A stretch of 63,502 nucleotides of DNA, filler included, from Atractiella rhizophila (taxonomy: Eukaryota): assembly GCA_021432655.1 (NCBI GenBank). It is 3 parts of 3 records of this genome, joined end to end, with 100 filler letters (N's around TTAATTAATTAA, not from the genome) between each part and the next. Parts side by side here need not be neighbours in the genome. Positions count along the whole stretch, not along the records: positions 1 to 24,964 come from MU271782.1; 2 more parts are not named here. One strand, written 5' to 3'. The position numbers and the translations under genes were made by a program. Of the stretch, positions 1-10,837 are shown one piece after another (within the stretch, counting starts at the first letter, position 1; each line of letters begins with the position of its first letter). The notes beneath the pieces are model-generated. The model worked only from the letters and a program-made list of their open reading frames with translations, was not told the origin of the DNA and did no database searches.

Positions 1-1100
1 TAGAAGATGCTTGGCCGCTTCCCAGTGCTTCTTTCCTGGGTTAGAGAGGTATTTTCCGAGGACAGAGACTGCGTGAGCGATATCCGGACGAGTGGAGATG
101 GCCAAGTACATCATAGAGCCAACAACGTTGCTGTAAGGGATTGTGCGCATTTCTTCTTGTTCTTCCTTTGTCTGAGTGCAGTCCTGCTTGCTGAGACCGT
201 GTCCAACGTTGAGAGGAGTGAGGACAGGGTTGCAGTTGTCCATCTGTTGGCGATCTAGGAGGTCCTTGACATACTGTTCTTGATCCAACCACATCATTCT
301 TCGCTTTCTATCCCTCCTAATACGAACCCCAAGTAGGAATTCCGTTGGTCCAAGGTCTCTGAGCTTGAATCGCTTCCCTAACTCCCTCTTGAAGTTCTCC
401 ACAGCACCCTTGGATGTGCTAGCGATCATAATATCATCCACAAAGACTGGGACAAGTACTTTGATGTCCCCCTTTGAGTAAATCCACAGACTAGAGTCGC
501 TCTTGATCTTCTTAAATCCTATATCAATGAGTTCCTTATCGAGTTTCTTCTGCCATTGACGCCCTCCTTGCCTTGTGCCATAGATGGCCTTGATTAGCTT
601 CAGAACGTACTCTGGAGGACCCTGTGGATGACCTTCTGGTTGTTGTGCATAGACCTCTGCATCCATATCACCGTTAAGGAATGCCGTAGAGATATCCACT
701 GACTCCAACTCCATGTCCAGGACACAAGCGAGCGAAAGAATCGTCCTAAGTGTCGCCCATTTGACCGTAGATGCGAAAGTATCAAAGTGGTTGAATCCAT
801 GGCGTTGAGAGAACCCCTTGATGACAAATCTGGCCTTGAAGCGTTCAATAGAACCATCCGACTTCTTCTTAACTGCAAACACCCATCGAGAACCAACGAT
901 TTTTGCTCCTTTAGGCGGTTTGACCAGAATCCAACTCTTGTTGTCCAAGTGAGATTGAATCTCCTTCACTGTCGCTTCATGCCATTCCTTCGCATTAGGG
1001 CTTGCCATCGCTCTTGAATATGACTGAGGGACCTCTACTCCTGTTGCTGCACTCATGGCATGCTCTGTGACAAGCATATAGCCGTATTCCATCGCCCTGG
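1..1100 (-). CDS. Copia reverse transcriptase (RVT_2), open to the window edge
   Basis: Hand translation is stop-free: EVPQSYSRAMASPNAKEW, GSRWVFAVK, ERFKARFVIKGFSQ, VDISTAFLNG, LIKAIYGTRQGGRQW, PVFVDDIM (catalytic DD), TRPDIAHAVS, HWEAAKHLL. It is absent from the ORF track because it has no stop in the window. It is joined to the integrase frame only via a frameshift near 1097-1105. Confidence 0.93.
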
Positions 1101-2543
1101 CTCAGTGAGGATGTCACATTCCTTTACCAACATCCCAAGCTCGTCTGTTGACCCTTCGTCGTTGTTTTGAGGCGCTTCTGGGGTCCTAAATCTGTCCACA
1201 GGTCGTCCTCTACTCGTAGAATAAATTCTTGAAGGCCTGGTGACAGGGGGAGGTATCGAAGCTGCTGGAGGAGGTTGATCTGGTGTTGTTGGACAGATCT
1301 GGAGGGGATCTGGAGACTCTGAGAATCTAGGCATGTGAACTCCTGTCCAAGGATCTCTCTGCATGGTGTACTGACGAGGTGGGGGTGTATTAGGCCGTTC
1401 AGGTACGAGCTGTAGGGGGTCTGGAGACTGTTCTCTTTTTTCATCTTGTTCTTCTTCAACCTCAAGGGGATGAAATCTGTTTGGAGACTGTATTCCAAGC
1501 GGTCTGAGTTGTTCCTGAGGTGTAGGAGGTGCTCCTGGCTGTTGAATCCATCCTTCTTCTTCTTCATCGTCGTCATCTAGTGAAATCCTAGCTGGAGGAG
1601 CGGCTGGAGCATTATTCTGTCCTTCTCCCACCTGATCCTGACACTCCTTCCACTCATCAAGTGGTCCCTGTGGCTCTTCCAACGTAATCTTCTCCTTCCT
1701 CACCTTGCAGAGCATCTCTCTCTCATCAAATCTGGCAACATCTCGAGTGTAGACCTTCTTTCCAACAGGATCCCAGAACTCCCACCCTTTTGCTGCAAGG
1801 GAATAACCTATAAATGCACATTTTCGTGTATGAGATCCTAAGCTGTGTGCCCTTTCATCCTTCTGAACTTGAACGTAGGCAGTGCATCCAATGATTTTGA
1901 ATCTTGAGATGGTTGGAGTAAGTCCAGTGAGTTTCGCGTGGCAAATAGCATGGTTGATCGAAGCTGAGGAAGATCTGTTGCGAATGTGGACGACCGCTGA
2001 AGCAATAGATGGCCAGAGAAAGAGTGGAAGTCCCGATTCTTCAAACATGGCGACCATAGTCTCCTGAATCGTCCTATTGGCTCGCTCTGCTCTGCCGTTC
2101 TGATGAGGAGAGTTCCTGATAGTTTGTTCACGCTGGATACCACAGGCCTTGAGGTATTGATCGAATTCTTTGGAGGAATAAGCGCCTTCCTTGTCCTCTC
2201 TAAACTTCTTGATCTTCTTCCCAGCGACATTCTCTACCCAATTCTTGAAGGTCTTGAAGAGTTCTGGGACCTCTGATTTCTTCTTGAGGAACACAATTGT
2301 GCAATGATTTGTTGCTTCTTCGATGAAGGTGACCCAATATCGATATCCTTTTCTGGATGTGACTGGAAGAGGTCCATGTAGATCTGAGCTGATTCTACCC
2401 AATATCTCCTTCTCCTTAGTCTCTGCTGACTTATTGAAGACCCTGTGCAGGCTTGCTTGAGGCATAGTGACATCATTTGCTGCAGCAAGACTGTTCAGCC
2501 CAGCAAATTCTAACCCATTAAGAGCCATTTCCATCCTAAACAT
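1053..2543 (-). CDS. Copia integrase (rve DDE core + SH3-like region + disordered linker)
   Basis: SSDLHGPLPVTS, FREDKEGAY, PHQNGRAERANRTI (DDE triad); KCAFIGYS..KGWEFWDP. Confidence 0.93.
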   Translation of the reverse strand: MFRMEMALNGLEFAGLNSLAAANDVTMPQASLHRVFNKSAETKEKEILGRISSDLHGPLPVTSRKGYRYWVTFIEEATNHCTIVFLKKKSEVPELFKTFKNWVENVAGKKIKKFREDKEGAYSSKEFDQYLKACGIQREQTIRNSPHQNGRAERANRTIQETMVAMFEESGLPLFLWPSIASAVVHIRNRSSSASINHAICHAKLTGLTPTISRFKIIGCTAYVQVQKDERAHSLGSHTRKCAFIGYSLAAKGWEFWDPVGKKVYTRDVARFDEREMLCKVRKEKITLEEPQGPLDEWKECQDQVGEGQNNAPAAPPARISLDDDDEEEEGWIQQPGAPPTPQEQLRPLGIQSPNRFHPLEVEEEQDEKREQSPDPLQLVPERPNTPPPRQYTMQRDPWTGVHMPRFSESPDPLQICPTTPDQPPPAASIPPPVTRPSRIYSTSRGRPVDRFRTPEAPQNNDEGSTDELGMLVKECDILTEPGRWNTAICLSQSMP

Positions 2544-3141
2544 CCTCCTAGACCCTGTGGTTGAGTCCTAAGATCCCCTGATGTGATGGAGAAAGGGTGA
2601 TAGGTGCTGATGTAAAGATGATGTGATGGTGGCAAATTTCGAAATTTTGACTCTTCTGATCAAGGTGATCTGTTGTAGGATAGTAGAATAGCCTATTGTG
2701 AATCCAATGGCGATAAAATTGTTCAGATCAGACCAGATCTGACTTCAAAAAGTCGAAAAATATGTTTTGGGGGTATGAAGGAGGTGATGGAGTGGCTATC
2801 TCGAAATTTTCGCTTATTGTGACCAAGATGGTTCCTAGTAAAGTTGTAGCGCAGTGTTTCGCGATCAAAATAAGCCCTATAACGTCCAAATTCGTCAAAG
2901 TTTGAGTCCAGGGTGGCAAAGTGCATTTTGAGGCAGATGATGGGTGGTAAGGTGATAGATTTCGATTTTTCTTGATTCCTGAGTAGGCAGAAACCTTCTA
3001 AGGTGGTAAAGGGACGTTTGAGGATCACAGATCTGTTCTAATCATCGAAATTGAGCGAAATTTGAGTGTGGGAGGGTGAAAATTGTGGTCTGGAGGAGGG
3101 GGAAGCTGATAGGTGTGATCAAATGTAATTCTAGCCACCAG

Positions 3142-3153
3142 CTCTCGCTACCA
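3142..3153 (-). promoter_or_regulatory. Primer binding site for initiator tRNA-Met
   Basis: TGGTAGCGAGAG immediately follows the LTR end (..CCTTACA) on the minus strand and resembles the yeast Ty1 PBS (TGGTAGCG..). Confidence 0.85.
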
Positions 3154-3288
3154 TGTAAGGATCTAAGGCTAGGAGTAGTTGGTGGTCAATAATGAGCACC
3201 AACACTCCTAGGCAGAACTAAACTACATAGTGATGACTCATATGAGTCATACGAGGCAGATGACCAAAACATCACACTACAAATAACA
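3154..3288 (-). repeat. 5' LTR of copia family A (135 bp)
   Basis: TG...CA termini. Boundaries are confirmed by the homologous solo LTR at 6358-6483, which has a TSD. Confidence 0.9.
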
Positions 3289-3338
3289 ACTGGGAAGCTG
3301 CCAAACACCTCCTGCGCTATCTCAAGGGCACTCAAGAC

Positions 3339-3860
3339 ATGTGCATCAAGTATTCTGCCTCAGACTTCGATATCTCTCAGCCATTTAAGGCATATTGTGA
3401 TGCAGACTTTGCAGGATGCAAGGATACTGGCAGGTCTACTGGAGGATACCTCTTAACTATTGGAGGAGGAGCAGTCAGCCGGAGCAGCAAGTTGCAGTCT
3501 CTTGTGGCACTATCAACCACGGAGGCAGAGTATATCTCAGGGGTATCAGCAGGACAAGAGGTGCTTTGGCTTAGGAATCTTCTCCAAGAGATTGGCTTCG
3601 CTCCAACGGGATCAACAACGCTTTACACGGACAGTAACAGCGCCTTGCAACTCAGCAAGAATCCGGAGCACCACGGGCACATGAAGCACTTGGATCTTCG
3701 CTTCTACTGGCTCAGGGACACAGTAGAGTCTGGACTCATCGCCCCAGTCTTCTGTCCTGGCGAGTCTATGCCTGCAGACCTCCTCACCAAGGCTTTACCA
3801 GTTGCTGGAGTCTCCAAATTCCGTGAAATGATGGGTCTGCGCCCCTACCCAAGTGTATGA
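3339..3860 (+). CDS. Copia RNase HI domain (partial pol)
   Basis: YCDADFAG..DTGRSTGGY, VALSTTEAEY, TDSNSA, KHLDLRFYWLRD, MPADLLTKAL. Confidence 0.95.
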   Translation: MCIKYSASDFDISQPFKAYCDADFAGCKDTGRSTGGYLLTIGGGAVSRSSKLQSLVALSTTEAEYISGVSAGQEVLWLRNLLQEIGFAPTGSTTLYTDSNSALQLSKNPEHHGHMKHLDLRFYWLRDTVESGLIAPVFCPGESMPADLLTKALPVAGVSKFREMMGLRPYPSV

Positions 3861-4074
3861 GGCAGTTATGGGGCGCAATAAAACTCTGTCCTCCCTCTGG
3901 GGGTTATAAGACGCCGCTCTAAGCGGTACGAGGATCTCTCTAGTGGATTTAGACAATCAATTAACATGTTTTCTTTGTGTCATACCGTTCGACGCCGTTT
4001 ATATTCGGTGGGAGCTTTCTTGGACGATTATTGGATTTGGTGGGAGCTTCAAGAGGCGGCTGCCCAGGTGGGAG

Positions 4075-4406
4075 TGTTGGATTAGGTGTTTTCTTTCACG
4101 GTGTTATGTTTGTGTGGTCAGCCACCTCTGTTTTGTTTGCTTCACTTCGGAGTTTTAGCCCCCTAGGGGGCAGTTTAGGCGGTCATCATCTTTGACCACC
4201 AATCTCTGTCCCCTAGATATGTGTTTCCCTATCAATATCATCATCTTTGGCCACCAATCTCTGTCCCCTAGGTATGTGTTTCCCTATCAATATCATCATC
4301 TTTGACCACCAATCTCTGTCCCCTAGGTATGTGTTTCCCTATCAATATCATCATCTTTGACCACCAACACTTGTCCTCTAGCTCCATCCAGCCTCAGATT
4401 CCTTCA
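4075..4406 (+). repeat. 3' LTR of copia family B (332 bp)
   Basis: TGTTGG...CCTTCA after the PPT. Both ends align with the inverted solo LTR at 5300-5509. Contains the palindrome GCCCCCTAGGGGGC (4158-4171). Confidence 0.85.
4183..4367 (+). repeat. 55-bp tandem repeat, about 3.4 units, inside LTR B
   Basis: Unit tcatcatctttgaccaccaatctctgtcccctaggtatgtgtttccctatcaata starts at 4183, 4238, 4293 and 4348. Confidence 0.95.
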
Positions 4407-5299
4407 ATCAGGACAGTGTCGCTTGAAGGATCCAGCAGAGGTGGTTGAAAGTGAGTTGCTTGGGGTGTGTTGCCACTGACAGCCTACCAGAGGGGGCAAG
4501 CTGTCCGAGGGACGGTGAGGAGATGCTGAAATCCGGAGTCGAGGGATTTGGAGGAGACCTAAATGAGTGACTATTATGCTTTCCGAGTGTTGGCATTGTA
4601 TGGAAGTCAGGAGTACTGATTGAAGGTGAGTGTGGCTGAAGACAGCAGCACTGTTGTATCAGAGAGAGCATTGTCAAAAAGGAGTGTTGAAGTGTGTTGG
4701 GTACGAAATTGCTTCCAGCTCAAAGTTACACAACCACTTACTCCCCCTTTTATCTCTTTTCTATTTCTACTCCAATACACTCACTGTTATATTTCTGATT
4801 TCTCAGCATTTTGAGCTCTTCAGTTATCTAAACCGTTTAATATTTTATATATCATTTAATAACTTCAACCTCTCTACTCCCCAGTTATAATGCCCTTCAT
4901 AACTCCTGACTTTAGCATTGAATGGTAGCATGAATTAGGTTTCCTTCCATGAACTGACTAATGTCCCCTCCTCATACGACAGCCCAATCGCTCAGTTTAT
5001 GATCCTGTTCCTAATACGAAGCGTTCTGAGCTCCTCCTCAAGTCTACAGTCCTCTCTCATGATCCTAAACCGAATCCTCCTCCTCCTTCCTCCCAAGCGG
5101 CCATTCTTGTGCCAAAGACATGGTCAGAACTAAAAGGAATCAAGAAAAAAACAGCTCTCCTTTTAATCCTACTCGAGATCATGGCAGGAGACGCCATCCC
5201 CCAGGCTTTCGTAAAGAAGACAAAGAAGGTTGGGGAGTTCCATGACTATATTGCCTTACAGTCAGCTTCAAAAGGATCCTTATACAAGGTACTAGGAAC

Positions 5300-5509
5300 T
5301 GAGAGGAATAGACGCTGGATGGAGCTAGTTGGTGGTCAAAGATGATAGGATTGATGAGGAAACACATACCTAGGGGACAGGAGTTGGTGGTCAAAGATGA
5401 TGACCACCAAGACTGCCCCCTACGGAGAAAAACTACGAAGTGAGTAAACACAGCAAAGGTGGCTGACCACACTAAGACAACACCATGAAATTTAACATCT
5501 AATCCAACA
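5300..5509 (-). mobile_element. Solo LTR, family B-related, inverted
   Basis: TG...CA, flanked by 5-bp TSD GGAAC (5295-5299 and 5510-5514). Diverged reverse complement of 4075-4406. Confidence 0.88.
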
Positions 5510-6357
5510 GGAACGAGGAACCTCCATCATTGCCAATGCCATCATACGAGGAACTGATGGGCTGTGACGACGCTCACTTGAAAGATTTCATTGTCAAGGT
5601 GCATCTATCATCTCTGTGTCAATGCTTTTCAAAGATTCCAAGGAGAAAGTCTTTTGCCAAAGAGTGGAACCAAGGAGCAACGCTTAAATCGACTTGTCAC
5701 CTTCTTAGAGCTCCAGCTGTCACTAAACAGTGAGGGGAGAGAACATGTTTGTCCTCCCTCTGCACATCCTATATAGTAACACTCAAACTGTTGTCACCAA
5801 ACAAGCGTACTTGCATTGACTGGGATGCCCATAGCTTAGCTGGATGGAGCTTGCAGAATGGGAGGAAGAGGGCTCAGCTGCTGTTTTCCCTGACTCATTG
5901 AATCAACTGAGCAACACTCATTTTATAAATCAAGGTCTGTCTTTTATATTCTTCAGTTCAGACTAGTAAGTTAACAAATCATTTACTCAAGGTGAGGGGC
6001 TGGCAACTCATCATGGGCGGTCCAAATCTGTTGTCCTCAGATCCAGCTAACACTCTTGCCCCAATCCTTTCCGCCAGTCTCCCCAGTTCAAGGGTAATAT
6101 CTCCTCCAATATTGTTACAATGTCCGACTACAAATGAAGAATCTCTTCCCCATCACATGGTCATTCCAGTGACAAGTTTGGTCTAGAATCAGCCTTCTCG
6201 CCCTATATCATACACTGCCACATCCACTTCTCCCTCCTTCCCTCCTTCTCCTCCCAGATTCCGCTTGAACGAACCGGGACCTCTCTGAATGCCTCCTGGT
6301 GGCACTCTACGGAATCAATTAGCTCATGGCGGAGTGGAGCCGTGGAGAAGTGGTATC

Positions 6358-6483
6358 TGTGAGGATCTAAGGCTAGGAGTAGTTGGTGGTCAATAATGAG
6401 CACCAACACTCCTAGGCAAAACTAAACTATGTAGTGATGAGTCATAAGAGGCAGATGACCAAAACAACACGCTACAACTAACA
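6358..6483 (-). mobile_element. Solo LTR, family A (126 bp)
   Basis: Close match to 3154-3288, with TSD GTATC (6353-6357 and 6484-6488). Confidence 0.93.
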
Positions 6484-6701
6484 GTATCTGGCAGCACAGG
6501 AGCGTAGAGAGTATAATTCCAGCCGTGGCATCTTCGAAAAGCGAAAGTGAGTGCAGCCTGAGTCTGCATACTCCCCCTCGGACAAACAGTTCTACAACTA
6601 TTATACTTAAGTACCAGGAAGTATGAACCCTTTGGACGATGAGACCTGTACATCTGTAGGAGAGCTGAATTGGCGGAATTGTAGTGTGAAGGAGAAATTG
6701 G

Positions 6702-6986
6702 GTGAGAAATGGCTGGATGAAATCATTGAGCAGTGTCATCAGGATTTTTGGGTACTTGGGATTCATCTGTCTGAGGAGCAGATGGAAGGAAAAGTGGATT
6801 GAGATTAAAGAGCTGGTAAACAACTACTTAGGCCTTGGAAGCAGCTTCACAGCAGCGGAGAGAGATTTCTTCATTGATCAGCAATGTAGATTTCTCATCG
6901 GTGGATCAGATGTACAATGTTATGAGCTTTACATTGGGGAGCATGTGATGAAGGTGGAGAGGGAAGAAAGGCAAAGAAGGTTGTAG
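6702..6986 (+). pseudogene. Degenerate hAT transposase C-terminal dimerisation domain relic
   Basis: KWIEIKELVNNYLGLGSSFTAAERDFF resembles the hAT motif (P.L..LA..YL.IP.SS...ER.FS). The surrounding frames are closed. Confidence 0.5.
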
Positions 6987-7872
6987 AAGGCAGGAAATTA
7001 AAGGGTCTGATAGGTGGGTGTTCTAGAAATCTGAGACCTAATATGACATAGGATAGATTAAGCATTATTTGTTGTAATTCATTCATGTTGATTAAGACAC
7101 AATCAAATGTCTAAAGTATCAAATTATCGAAACATCCACCGTTGTATGCTGTTTTGTTTCCCTTTAGACATTATCCTCATCCCTTGTCCACCCTCCTCCC
7201 AGCACCTCCAACGTGATGCAACGGTGTATATATTGTTACAAATTGCCTCATATCTCATGAGGCACACATTGGAAAGCAAATGGCATTGCTTTGTTGTTTA
7301 ACTTGCTTCCTTATTATGAGTTTTTGCTGTTCAGAGCCAAACAAGATATAAGATATAGATATGTAGGATCAACCCTCTGACATTTGTTGATCAAAATCAA
7401 GTGGTAAGGCTGCACACCAACCATAATGCCATTCCGACCTTGCTGTGTGCCATTGAAGAAAGACTATTCCTTGCAGCTTCATTGCATTCTTTTTTTGATA
7501 TGGTGACTAACAATCTCATTCTGGTGAAAGGAGGCGACAAATTAGTGTAGCAGACTGAGACACAGAGTTGATATTGGTGAGGGCTGACTCTTTACAGTAT
7601 AATCACTACTGCTTCCGATCACAGGGTCCGTATTTTCAAGTTGTAGGGGACTCAGCTCAATCACATGACTTATAACTGCCCGAAGGTAGGTACAACTTCT
7701 CTTCCGAGTTCAACTTGAGTCAAGGTGGAGCTGCAGATGTTAGAGTTTAGAATTATTGGACCCAACGGCCTGTCCGGAGCAGCGTCGGAGATAAAGCCGA
7801 CTTTTATTTGCTTCCACTCAAGAGACGCTGCGGATGCTGTGCAGGCGTCTCTTTGAAGAAATAAGTACATTT

Positions 7873-7982
7873 TGTTAGTTGTAGTGTGTTGTGTTGGTCA
7901 TCTCTTATGACTCTTATGAGTCATCATTATGTCTGTAGTTTAGTTCTGTTGGTGCTCATTATTGACCCCCAACTACTCCTAG
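7873..7982 (+). mobile_element. Truncated family A LTR, opposite orientation
   Basis: tgttagttgtagtgtg..gtgctcattattgacccccaactactcctag is the reverse complement of LTR A lacking its last ~15 nt. Confidence 0.8.
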
Positions 7983-8540
7983 GTATGTCTCTCTAGACTT
8001 CTCTAATGTCTGACTTAGGACACTGACACTTGACATTAGTAGCTGTAGGTAAAAGCGGCTCTGGAAATTGTTGATGCCACTGTGAATACACAGTATTGGG
8101 GCAAGGTGCTGTAATGTTGCCAAGCCTCCCCTTGTTTCTCACAATAATCTTTCCAATGCACATGAGATCTGTGGCCTTCGGTATGAGATACCATTTTGCT
8201 GAAATTGTAGAGGCATAGTATTCACATTGTGAGCTTTCACTGGGTATTATTCATTGAACAGAGTCCACACTTGTTCCTGTGCCATTCCTTGCAGGTTTGT
8301 ATGTAAAAAGCTTCTCCTTACCAGAAAAAAGATATCCATCCAAATCAGACTTATTATAAAGCTGTCAGCACAAGGTGACCAGGTACCTTAACTGGAGCAA
8401 ACTGGCTCTGGCAACCTTATTAATGGACATGTCTGAATACTCTCAACTGAGGTGGGGATAGAACAACATGACCTTCATTAACACATCTTCTCCTCCAAGA
8501 GAAAGTAATTACATAAAACTGTTCGCAGTTTTGAATTAGG

Positions 8541-10470
8541 TCATGTGATGACTTGTGATATCGATCGTATGCCGTCGAAAACAGAGGTGCCGTTGATGGG
8601 GATATATTGTCTTGTGATCAACTTGATGGCTTCCTGAGCTGCCAGTCCACCCAACAAAGCCGCTATTTGAGGAAGCTCACAATGTTCGCTCCGGCAGCTA
8701 AAACGTGATCAGTCTCGAACACAACAGTCAGCAATCCTACATTTCTGATATGAACTCATCGGTGGAGGTCTGCTCCAAGTGCAACAACTTGATAGAAAGA
8801 GCCTTTAGCTCTGCCTTATCCTCCTCGACGACGGAGCTGGGGTATCTTCCTCTGGCAACATTGAAATGATTGACGACTCGAAAGGCAGCGTATAAGCCAG
8901 AAAGGTCATCGGAAGCTTAATTCGTTTGAGAAAAGGAACCGGAGAGGCATAAAGGACTTACTGATCGACTTGAGACTTTGCTCTTCATGAGTCAGACTGT
9001 CCGTTCGAAGGACAAAAAGAAACCGTGAGTGCTTTACGAAGGTCCGGGAGGACGTCAACGTCGACAGAAGCGTCCACTCCAGTGGACCTGGAAACGCGCT
9101 CAAAGTGCTTGCGAAAGCTTTGAAATTCAATCTCGGATTGATCCCTATAAACCTTCTGAAGATCGACAAAGACTTTTGTTTCGGCCTTCATATCTGGAAC
9201 GGAGCCATGCAATGGCAACCTCCCACCACCACCGTCGTCTGCAACGGGAGAACGAACAAAATCGCGCAGGGCACGAAGCATGGTCCAGAATAGCGTCGAC
9301 TGTCTCACTTTCAGCGTTGCGCTTAAAGGGCACACACTGTGGCGTACCTGTTTTGTCAGATTCTCACACTTTTCGTCCTGGAACAATTGTTCAATGTTGC
9401 TTGGTACCTTGTTGAGTTGTTAGTAGTTTGGTGATCATCAGGCAGATCTTGCCTGAGTGGGGGTGCAAGCTTTGAAGATAGCCTTTACAGCTTCATCAAA
9501 GTTCTCTTCGTCGTTGCCACGCTTCTGCTTCAGGATTGATGCTTTGAGCTCGTTTCGTTCCTTGAAATCCTTTGGTAGTTCGCCATTGTGCTGTTTTTTC
9601 TTTGAGCGTCAGACGTATAAAAAAATGTCAAACGCACGGAGCTTTTCCATCGTTCCAGTTCATTTACAAGGATGGCAACATATGGGATATGGGCATGCTC
9701 CATGCTGTCCATAGACTGGGAACTATAGGCTTTGCAGAAGTCAATGAGAGAGGGAAATGGTGAATCCAATCGGAGGTCCTCATAACTATCGGGATGCGTC
9801 TCAATGACTATGTGGAGTACTTGAGCATAAATTTGGGGAATGAAGAGATCTCACAGCATAACTCTCGAGCCTGGACGCGCAAAGCGGAATAAAACCCATG
9901 CGATTGAAGGACGACTAAAGGAACATCCAGATTCCAGCAAATATCCGCCAATTTCAAGGCAAACTTATGGTCGTCATCGACCAGAATAACCAGGCTAAAG
10001 GAACTGAGGAAGGATTCATCTGTCACCGTTGATAGCTCCTGCACAGTGAGAGATTGGCGGGTCACGCTCAGACAGCGTTATTCGCGGCTCACCTGACAAA
10101 CTGCCTTGCTTCTAACACTCGGATTTAACTCAGATATAAGTCGCGCACTTCCTCAGCGCGAGGTCTGCCTAAGCTTTCTTTCGACAAGAAAAAATTGGAT
10201 CCAATGTCGGATTCTTGGACGATGTTGGGATCAATCACCGTGAAGCTTCCCACACCTGTTCATGGATGTCACAGATAGTAAGAAGGAAGATATTAAATGC
10301 ATAGAATGGTGGTCACCTGGGAGTACTAAGTTTTTCAATGTGGATGCAGCGGCGGCTGTCGCGTTGATAACAAGAATATCAGCGTTTTCGAGAGCTGATT
10401 GACCACTCGCCGCCCATAATCGAAGCTGGCGATCATATTTCTGTCCATGAAGATCAGGTCTTGACGACAT
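8541..10470 (-). pseudogene. ULA1: NEDD8-activating enzyme E1 regulatory subunit, copy 1 (frameshifted as assembled; probably an artefactual duplicate)
   Basis: Same gene as 15966-17891 but with exonic indels near 10147 (1-nt loss) and 9045-9048 (1-nt gain). Confidence 0.7.
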
Positions 10471-10837
10471 CGTGGACAATATGACTTGTAATGAAGGCAA
10501 ACGCATGATTACGTAAACAGTCATTCACGCTGAGCCAGGGTTCAAGCACCCTGGCCATGAGCATTAATCATGTTAAAATATTCATGGAGAAAGGGTTTTC
10601 GTTTCGCAAAGGTTGCTCAAGAAGGTATAATCACTCTGCCTACTACATACAGTAACGCTAATGGATATTGCGACATGTTTTAACAGTGAGAAGACAAGAA
10701 CAAAAAACGAAGCTGGCGGTTGCAGGGCAGTATGCTACGAGAAACAAGTATTAGTGTACCACGGTCAATGGTTTGTTGAGGGATAAAGAATCACCGTATT
10801 AAGACGATTTCATATTTATGGTCAACATCATCCCCAC

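Larger units (their letters stand above)
1..3288 (-). mobile_element. Ty1/copia LTR retrotransposon 'family A' (3' part runs off the window; lacks gag/protease)
   Basis: Minus-strand order is LTR (3154-3288), PBS, integrase, RT. Integrase-before-RT is the copia order. Confidence 0.95.
3289..4406 (+). mobile_element. 3' end of a second Ty1/copia element 'family B' (end of RT, RNase H, PPT, 3' LTR), interrupted by element A
   Basis: Begins mid-RT (WEAAKHLLRYLKGTQD) directly after the A LTR. Purine-rich tract aggtgggag at 4066-4074, then the LTR. Confidence 0.9.

Noticed and set aside
1..30. Inverted similarity between the window start and 3289-3315 (HWEAAKHLL) suggesting a foldback
   Set aside because: These are homologous RT motifs of two different copia families with divergent codons, and the window start is arbitrary.
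4183..4367. CRISPR-like regularly spaced repeats
   Set aside because: The whole 55-bp unit repeats with no unique spacers, it lies inside an LTR in a fungal genome, and there are no cas genes.
7990..8500. Cys-rich fragments suggesting a CxC/KDZ transposase
   Set aside because: No coherent motif could be reconstructed and the frames are broken in both copies.
8541..10470. Genuine second ULA1 paralogue
   Set aside because: It lies within the gap-flanking duplicate and carries 1-nt indels. An artefact or haplotype is more parsimonious until read depth is checked.
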